This document shows positions 17,892 to 23,446 of a stretch of 23,446 nucleotides of DNA, one piece after another. The stretch lies in assembly GCA_964525635.1 (NCBI GenBank), contig CAZGJX010000062.1:1932-25377 (forward strand), in the 5' to 3' direction. Each line of letters opens with the position of its first letter. Position 1 is the first letter of the stretch. Both the position numbers and the translations under genes were made by a program. Source of the stretch: an uncultured archaeon. Lineage in GTDB: Archaea; Asgardarchaeota; Lokiarchaeia; Sigyniarchaeales; SOKP01. The notes under the pieces were generated by a model. The model searched no databases and had not been told where the DNA came from. It worked only from the letters and a program-made list of their open reading frames with translations.

Positions 17892-18960
17892 CTATTTGAA
17901 CTCTTGATTCTGGATTTTCCATTTTCTTAAACAAAATCTTATAATTATAATAATACTTATTAAAAGAATCACTATTCCTTGGAATATAAAAGTAATTGCT
18001 CGAGATACCTCTGCATCAGAAAAACTAATAGTGGAATCAGGTTTAAAATTATTAAAAATTATTGTAATTTCAAAATATATTAAAAAAATCGAGCTTAAAA
18101 GATCACTCGTCGGTGGTTGTAGTGAAAATCAATATATTTCAGGTCGGGTGATCATAAAATATAAATAAATAAAATAAGATGAGCTTAGACCAATCATTGG
18201 TAATGGAGGAATATAAAATAGCGATTTCGTATGTAAACGTCTAACTTTCACCAAAGAATACCATGATATTAATATAATATTTATTGAATATATAATATTC
18301 ACTAAATGATATATAAAATCAGATATACGTACCTCAAAACTATTACTCATTTCCTCCTCTGCATTTTTGGCATAATAAATCTGGTCACTAATCAAATCAT
18401 TTAAGGATTGAAGAAAAATAAAAAAAAAATATCAAGCAACTAAATGCAATAATTGAGAGTACTCTATCCATCTGTTCATTTATGGTTATACCAAACCATT
18501 GAGGATTTTTATTATCAATATTATTTGTATGTTTATTACCCCTTCTTGTTCTAATTAGGGTATATATAATAATCATAATTAATACATTTTGTATAAGAAA
18601 AAAAATTATAGTGGCAGAAACACCCATAGGATAAAATATATAAGCACCCTCATAACTTGACCAAAAACTAGCTATGATTCTTAGCCAAAGTTTTGTGTAT
18701 CTTAATAAAACAGAAGATAAAAATATAATCCATATTAATAAGTAACCAGCTTGTTCTTGATTAAATTTAAAGCGTAACCATGAATAATTTCTAATAATCA
18801 TATTTTTAATATAAAAATTTAGTTTCCTTAATGGTTTATTTTTGAAAATTATATCTTCCGGTTAAAGTATTTTAAGATTTGACTTAGGAATATATTGACG
18901 ATAGTTATAATTAAGATAAAATATATCTCTACTAAAGTACTTAAAACTAAGTTCTATCAC
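17892..18960 (-). pseudogene. Disrupted multi-pass membrane protein gene (in-frame TAA, homopolymer frameshift, in-frame TGA)
   Basis: GTG at 18960 is in frame with ATG at 18801, with a TAA at 18864-18862 between them. One extra T in the T10 run (18429-18420) joins ORFs 18397..18801 and 18129..18395 (IFFF-IFLQSLNDLISDQ). After TGA at 18131-18129 the frame stays open (FSLQPPTSDLL...GIVILLISIIIIIRFCLRKWKIQNQEFK) to TAG at 17894-17892. Confidence 0.7.
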
Positions 18961-19191
18961 TCCCTATTTTTAATTTATTTTAAGATAAATTATTTTTTAA
19001 TCCTTTAGATAGATCCAGTACATAAGTGAATATTTTTTTTTATTTTTTGAATTATTTATTTTCCATTATTAAAGTTGTTTAAAAATCTTAGAAAATGTTT
19101 AAATAGGTTTTTTTGAATTTATTCAATATATAAGTTTTTATCAAAAAAATTATTTAATAGATTTATTTAGATCTATAATTAAATATATAGT

Positions 19192-20226
19192 TTGGGAAGT
19201 AAAATTTCAGTTAAAAATAATAGAATAGAAAAAACCTTAGAAGAATTATGTTATGTTTACATCCTTTATTTTGATGAATCAAAAGGGCATGTCCCATTAT
19301 TGATTTTTCCTAATGAAAAACTGAAGGATGATAAAAAATTCATGAGACCGATACGATATCATCCTATTTGGTTTTTAGATGTAGAGGAAAGTGATGTTTT
19401 AGATCATATTGATCTTGAATTTAAAGGATTTACATTTTTTGGCAAAAAAATATTGGTACATTCAAATAGAATTAAACGTAGAGCAGGTTTAAAAGAAGAC
19501 TCCCCTGAAATAATAATAATCATAATTTCACTTCCTGATGATCTTGATATATTTGGGGATGAGTTAATAAAAAAAATAACAAATTTGATTATTGGAGAGT
19601 ATGAAAATAAATTATATATAGTAATCGAAAGTGAAATTGCTAAAGAAGAAATTATAAAATCCCCAAAAAGGAAAGAGATCATTAATAGAGGAGAAGAAAT
19701 AAAGAATGATATGAGGTTTAAGATTAGGAAAACATTTAAGGAGCATTTTTCATTAGAAATCAGAGAAATTGATGCCAATACTATAAAAAAACAAAAAGCA
19801 ATTTCATTTCTTGCTTTAAAAGGAATAGATGTCTCTCATATTTTTAAAAATGGTGATTATACATTCTCAAATATAAGACTATTTGAACCATTAAAGAAAT
19901 CTGAGAAAGAAATAAAAATTAATAAACCATTTGAAATAAATTCTATTTCAATTATAGAAGATTCAAACGAATTGGAAATTCTAGCTAAAAATAATGCTGA
20001 AAAAGAATATAAGAATATTATTATTAAAATAAGCCATGTTAAAGATTTCTTTGAGAAAGAGATAATGAATCAAAAAATTGATAATTGGTATCCAAAAGAA
20101 GAATTACTATTTATTTCACCTGCAATACCACATATAGACGAATATCTTTTTTTTCTCATAGAGGAAGAGAATAATGAGAGACTTCTCGTAAGAAAAATCA
20201 ATTTAGAATCATTAAGGAAAGAATAA
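19192..20226 (+). CDS. Hypothetical protein, possible N-terminal longin/uDENN-like domain
   Basis: 344-aa ORF. YILYFDESKGHVPLLIFP resembles the FDxxxGxxxxxxxP opening hairpin of longin/uDENN domains. The domain call is tentative and the TTG start is uncertain. Confidence 0.7.
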   Translation: MGSKISVKNNRIEKTLEELCYVYILYFDESKGHVPLLIFPNEKLKDDKKFMRPIRYHPIWFLDVEESDVLDHIDLEFKGFTFFGKKILVHSNRIKRRAGLKEDSPEIIIIIISLPDDLDIFGDELIKKITNLIIGEYENKLYIVIESEIAKEEIIKSPKRKEIINRGEEIKNDMRFKIRKTFKEHFSLEIREIDANTIKKQKAISFLALKGIDVSHIFKNGDYTFSNIRLFEPLKKSEKEIKINKPFEINSISIIEDSNELEILAKNNAEKEYKNIIIKISHVKDFFEKEIMNQKIDNWYPKEELLFISPAIPHIDEYLFFLIEEENNERLLVRKINLESLRKE

Positions 20227-20253
20227 AATGAAAATATAAATCATGAGATAAAT

Positions 20254-20736
20254 ATGTCGTCTGATAATTATGTTTCGGAAAAAGATTTAATAATAAGAAA
20301 TTATCGTACATCTGATTATGAAGCAACATTAGAAATATTACAGCAACTAGATGATAAGTTTGATATTGGATTAGATAAAAATAAATGGAAGAAATTTTCA
20401 GGTATTAGACAATTTAAACCTAATTTAAAGAGAATTACTTTAATAGCAGAACTTAAAGAAACAGGAGATGTCATTGGAATGGGAATGATTGAAGCGGAAT
20501 TGAACACATTAGGGATATATCTGGGGCATATGGATAATTGGGCGGTTAGAAAAGATTATATTGGCAAAAAAGTAGGAAAGATTTTAGCTGATCGCGCTAT
20601 TCAAATTCTTGATTCATGGGGGTGTGAATCTATAAGAATTAGTATTGGATATGGATATTCTCAAAAATTAATAGATATTTTTTCTAAAGTAGGATTTAAA
20701 CCCAAGATAATAGTGTTAGAGAAAAAATTAAATTAA
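20254..20736 (+). CDS. GNAT family N-acetyltransferase
   Basis: IIRNYRTSD start, AVRKDYIGKKVGKIL (motif A), FSKVGF. Confidence 0.8.
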   Translation: MSSDNYVSEKDLIIRNYRTSDYEATLEILQQLDDKFDIGLDKNKWKKFSGIRQFKPNLKRITLIAELKETGDVIGMGMIEAELNTLGIYLGHMDNWAVRKDYIGKKVGKILADRAIQILDSWGCESIRISIGYGYSQKLIDIFSKVGFKPKIIVLEKKLN

Positions 20737-20919
20737 AAATTTGACATTTTTCCTATATACTATAACTAAATGCCTTTTATAATTTTAAACTGAAACAGGC
20801 ACAATATTATTTAAAATCAATTTAAAAGTTAGAAACTTTTATTAAATATAGCCTAAATAAATAAAAAGTTTAAATTTTTACAAATAACAAAAAGAATATT
20901 CTATAATTTAAGACTAAAA

Positions 20920-21825
20920 ATGACTGATTCTATTGATAAATCCGATCATATATTCAATTATCGGCAAGTAGAAAGAAAACGTTTAATAATCTCTTTATTG
21001 ATTACAGTCGTAGTTTTAGTAGTTGAGATTATAGGAGCTCTATTAGCTAATAGTTTAGCATTATTAAGTGATGCGGGTCATATGTTTACACATGCTTTTG
21101 CAATAATTATTAGTCTATTTGCTATCTATTTAGCTAGAAAACCTTCTTGTCATCATAGAACATTTGGTTTATATAGAGCAGAAATTTTAGCTGCTTTTAT
21201 CAATGGTCTATTTTTACTAGTTATTGTAGGTTTTATTATTTATGAAGCAATAATACGTTTATTTATACCTGAAGAAATTGAGGGTATATATATGATTATT
21301 ACTGCTATTATTGGACTCGCTGTTAATGTTGTTAGCATTTTAATTCTTCATGGAAGTCATAAAGAAGATATAAATATTAAGGGAGTATTTTATCATATGA
21401 TTGGTGATGCTGTTTCCTCAATCGGCGTCGTTTTTGCTTCAATTATTATTTATTATACAAAATATTCATATCTTGATCCAATTCTAAGCTTCCTTATAAC
21501 AATACTTATAGTCACTTGGTCAATGAAGATATTAAAACAATCTGGAAGAATTTTATTAGAGATGACTCCAGTTGATCTAAATATTGAAATAATTGAAAAA
21601 GATTTAAAAAAGAAATTTATCAAGATTATTGAAGTAAATCATACTCATTTATGGACTATTACACCAGAAAGACTTATTTTAACAACTCACATACAATTGG
21701 ATAATGAAATAGATCAGGATGATTTTATAAATAAAATAAGCGAATATCTTTATCAAAAATATAAAATTATCGAATCAACAATACAGATTTCATTCTCTAA
21801 GGAAATTAGGAGTTGTAAAATATAG
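20920..21825 (+). CDS. Cation diffusion facilitator (Zn/Co/Cd efflux, CzcD/ZitB-like)
   Basis: SLALLSDAGHM, TFGLYRAEIL, NIKGVFYHMIGD, HLWTI. Confidence 0.93.
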   Translation: MTDSIDKSDHIFNYRQVERKRLIISLLITVVVLVVEIIGALLANSLALLSDAGHMFTHAFAIIISLFAIYLARKPSCHHRTFGLYRAEILAAFINGLFLLVIVGFIIYEAIIRLFIPEEIEGIYMIITAIIGLAVNVVSILILHGSHKEDINIKGVFYHMIGDAVSSIGVVFASIIIYYTKYSYLDPILSFLITILIVTWSMKILKQSGRILLEMTPVDLNIEIIEKDLKKKFIKIIEVNHTHLWTITPERLILTTHIQLDNEIDQDDFINKISEYLYQKYKIIESTIQISFSKEIRSCKI

Positions 21826-21940
21826 AAATCTAAAATAATTATGGAAAATATTCAATATTTATTTTTAAATTTGACTTATTTCTTACTTATATAATAATGA
21901 CTATAAAATAAGTATTAAATTTACAGAATTAATCTAAACT

Positions 21941-22681
21941 ATGATTGATGAGCTTTTAAAAGATAATTATTCTTTAGAACAAGCAAGACAAATTCAAGAC
22001 AAATATGTTAAAATTGTAAAAATGCAATATACAAAAAAGCATGAATTATTAAAGTTCAATCAAATAGATTTTATTGTAGGGATTGATATATCATTTTTTA
22101 AAATTAAAAATCAAGAATATGGTATAGCTTGTGCGGTCCTATGGGATTATCATAATAATAGAATAATTGAAAAATATTTTTCAAACGGGATATTGAATTT
22201 TCCTTATGAACCAGGATTTCTAGGATTTCGTGAATGCAAATTATTATCTCAAGCCATAAATAAATCAAGGATGAAACCTGATATAATTATTTGTGATGGT
22301 CACGGAATAATCCATCCAAAAGGTTTCGGGGAAGCAGTTCAATTAGGTTTAGCATTAAACATTCCCACAATTGGAATAGCAAAAAAACCTTATTATGGAT
22401 ATTATAATCTCTCCAATTTTATTAGAAATAAAGGAAATAAAAATCCTATATATAATAAAGATCCTAATACAAACCTTAATGCAAAAATTATAGGATATTC
22501 AATATCACTTTCTAATAATCGCGCTCCTGTTTTTATTAGTGAAGGATTTAAAATTAAAATAAACGATGCTATTCGGATTGCTCTAAAAATTAGTAAAAAT
22601 CATAAACAGCCAGAACCATTATTTCTAGCAGATAAATATTCAAGATTAAAAATAAAGGAATTAAAATTTAAAATTGACTAA
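21941..22681 (+). CDS. nfi: Endonuclease V
   Basis: GIDISF, FPYEPGFLGFRE, DGHGIIHP, PTIGIAK, PVFISEG, PEPLFLAD. Confidence 0.93.
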   Translation: MIDELLKDNYSLEQARQIQDKYVKIVKMQYTKKHELLKFNQIDFIVGIDISFFKIKNQEYGIACAVLWDYHNNRIIEKYFSNGILNFPYEPGFLGFRECKLLSQAINKSRMKPDIIICDGHGIIHPKGFGEAVQLGLALNIPTIGIAKKPYYGYYNLSNFIRNKGNKNPIYNKDPNTNLNAKIIGYSISLSNNRAPVFISEGFKIKINDAIRIALKISKNHKQPEPLFLADKYSRLKIKELKFKID

Positions 22682-22757
22682 TAATATTTTTTCTATAACT
22701 AATCCTTTAAAATTTAATTAATTTTCATATTTTTTATTGTCTAATTCTTATATTTAT

Positions 22758-23446
22758 TTATACGATTTTAAATCCCCAATTTTCAATATTTTCTTTATTT
22801 GAAGATAAATCCTTTATACCAGCTTTTCTAATTCTTGGATCTATAAATCCATAAAAAATATCATTTGAAAAATTCCCAATTACAATAATCAATATTAAAA
22901 CTATAAAAATTCCAAAAATCATAGAATAATCCCCTCTTTGAACTGATAAAATTGCTAGATTTCCCAAACCGGGAAATCTAAATATCCATTCCATTAAGAA
23001 TGTTGCACTTAAAATTTCATTAAATCGTGAATTTAAGCCTCTTATTTGAAATAGAATTGCATTAAACTGTATATATTTTCGTAATTTTCTTTTCTTAAAT
23101 CCCAACCTCTTTAAATAATGTAAATACTCAGCATTTTGTTCATAAAATATTAATGAAGGCATACTATTTGCGCTCCTTCCTGTAAAATAAAGAATTAATG
23201 TTAAAAGAGTTGGCCAATATGATCTTAGAAAAGGGAGAATTTCTTCTATAGAGTATCCCGGTTGAAATCCACCAACAGTAGACCAATGTAATTGAAATAC
23301 AAAAAAATCCATGATTAATAATGCCATCCAAAAAAAAGGAGCTGATTGTAAAGCAAGAAATCCATAATATACAACTTTTTTTTTTATATTAGATTTAAAC
23401 CATATATGTGTCCCAAAAAAAATATCGTAAGAGCGACGTTTAGGGA
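22758..23446 (-). CDS. DppB/OppB-like ABC transporter permease, 5'-partial and divergent
   Basis: PFFWMALL, EWIFRFPGLG, RGDY, DIFYGFIDPRIR. The frame is open upstream of ATG 23327 to the window edge; the EAA loop is degenerate. Confidence 0.8.
   Translation of the reverse strand, partial: PKRRSYDIFFGTHIWFKSNIKKKVVYYGFLALQSAPFFWMALLIMDFFVFQLHWSTVGGFQPGYSIEEILPFLRSYWPTLLTLILYFTGRSANSMPSLIFYEQNAEYLHYLKRLGFKKRKLRKYIQFNAILFQIRGLNSRFNEILSATFLMEWIFRFPGLGNLAILSVQRGDYSMIFGIFIVLILIIVIGNFSNDIFYGFIDPRIRKAGIKDLSSNKENIENWGFKIV

Noticed and set aside
18100-18155. Selenocysteine codon or second BHB intron at the in-frame TGA (flanked by a GATCAC/GTGATC inverted repeat)
   Set aside because: No 4-bp central helix with paired 3-nt bulges can be drawn, there is no redox motif context, and the gene carries other lesions.
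12497-20507. Minus-strand ORFs 12497..12697, 16090..16296, 19404..19778 and 20316..20507
   Set aside because: Each is fully nested antisense to a well-supported gene.
23355-23400. Hairpin around the A10 run in the permease gene as another BHB intron
   Set aside because: The pairing gives a 2-nt bulge and no valid BHB geometry.

Overview
Very AT-rich archaeal window, most likely Asgard/Lokiarchaeia. This is inferred from the gene mix: Rag-like and MglA-like small GTPases, a roadblock-like domain, a possible longin-like protein and a GGTGA Shine-Dalgarno. Main result: the ORF track misses a ~302-aa Rag/Gtr-like GTPase-roadblock gene (1281..2220, +). It is interrupted immediately before its G3 motif by a 31-nt insert (1438..1468) that can fold with the flanking exons into a bulge-helix-bulge (BHB) motif. 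Cutting at the standard archaeal tRNA-splicing endonuclease positions removes exactly those 31 nt and restores the frame and motif (IGI-F-DFGGQ). This makes it a candidate tRNA-type intron in the mRNA of a eukaryotic-signature gene. The window also holds an MglA-like GTPase, a NifU-type protein, a solo OLD nuclease and an acyl-CoA synthetase alpha-like protein lacking its phospho-His loop. A putative lipid-modification cluster follows (CDP-alcohol phosphotransferase, GT2, LuxE-like protein, three tandem B12-binding radical SAM enzymes). The rest is a membrane-protein pseudogene with up to three lesions, a GNAT, a CDF transporter, endonuclease V, a partial DppB-like permease and a partial repeat-rich ORF at the left edge. 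No rRNA, tRNA, CRISPR array or transposase was seen.
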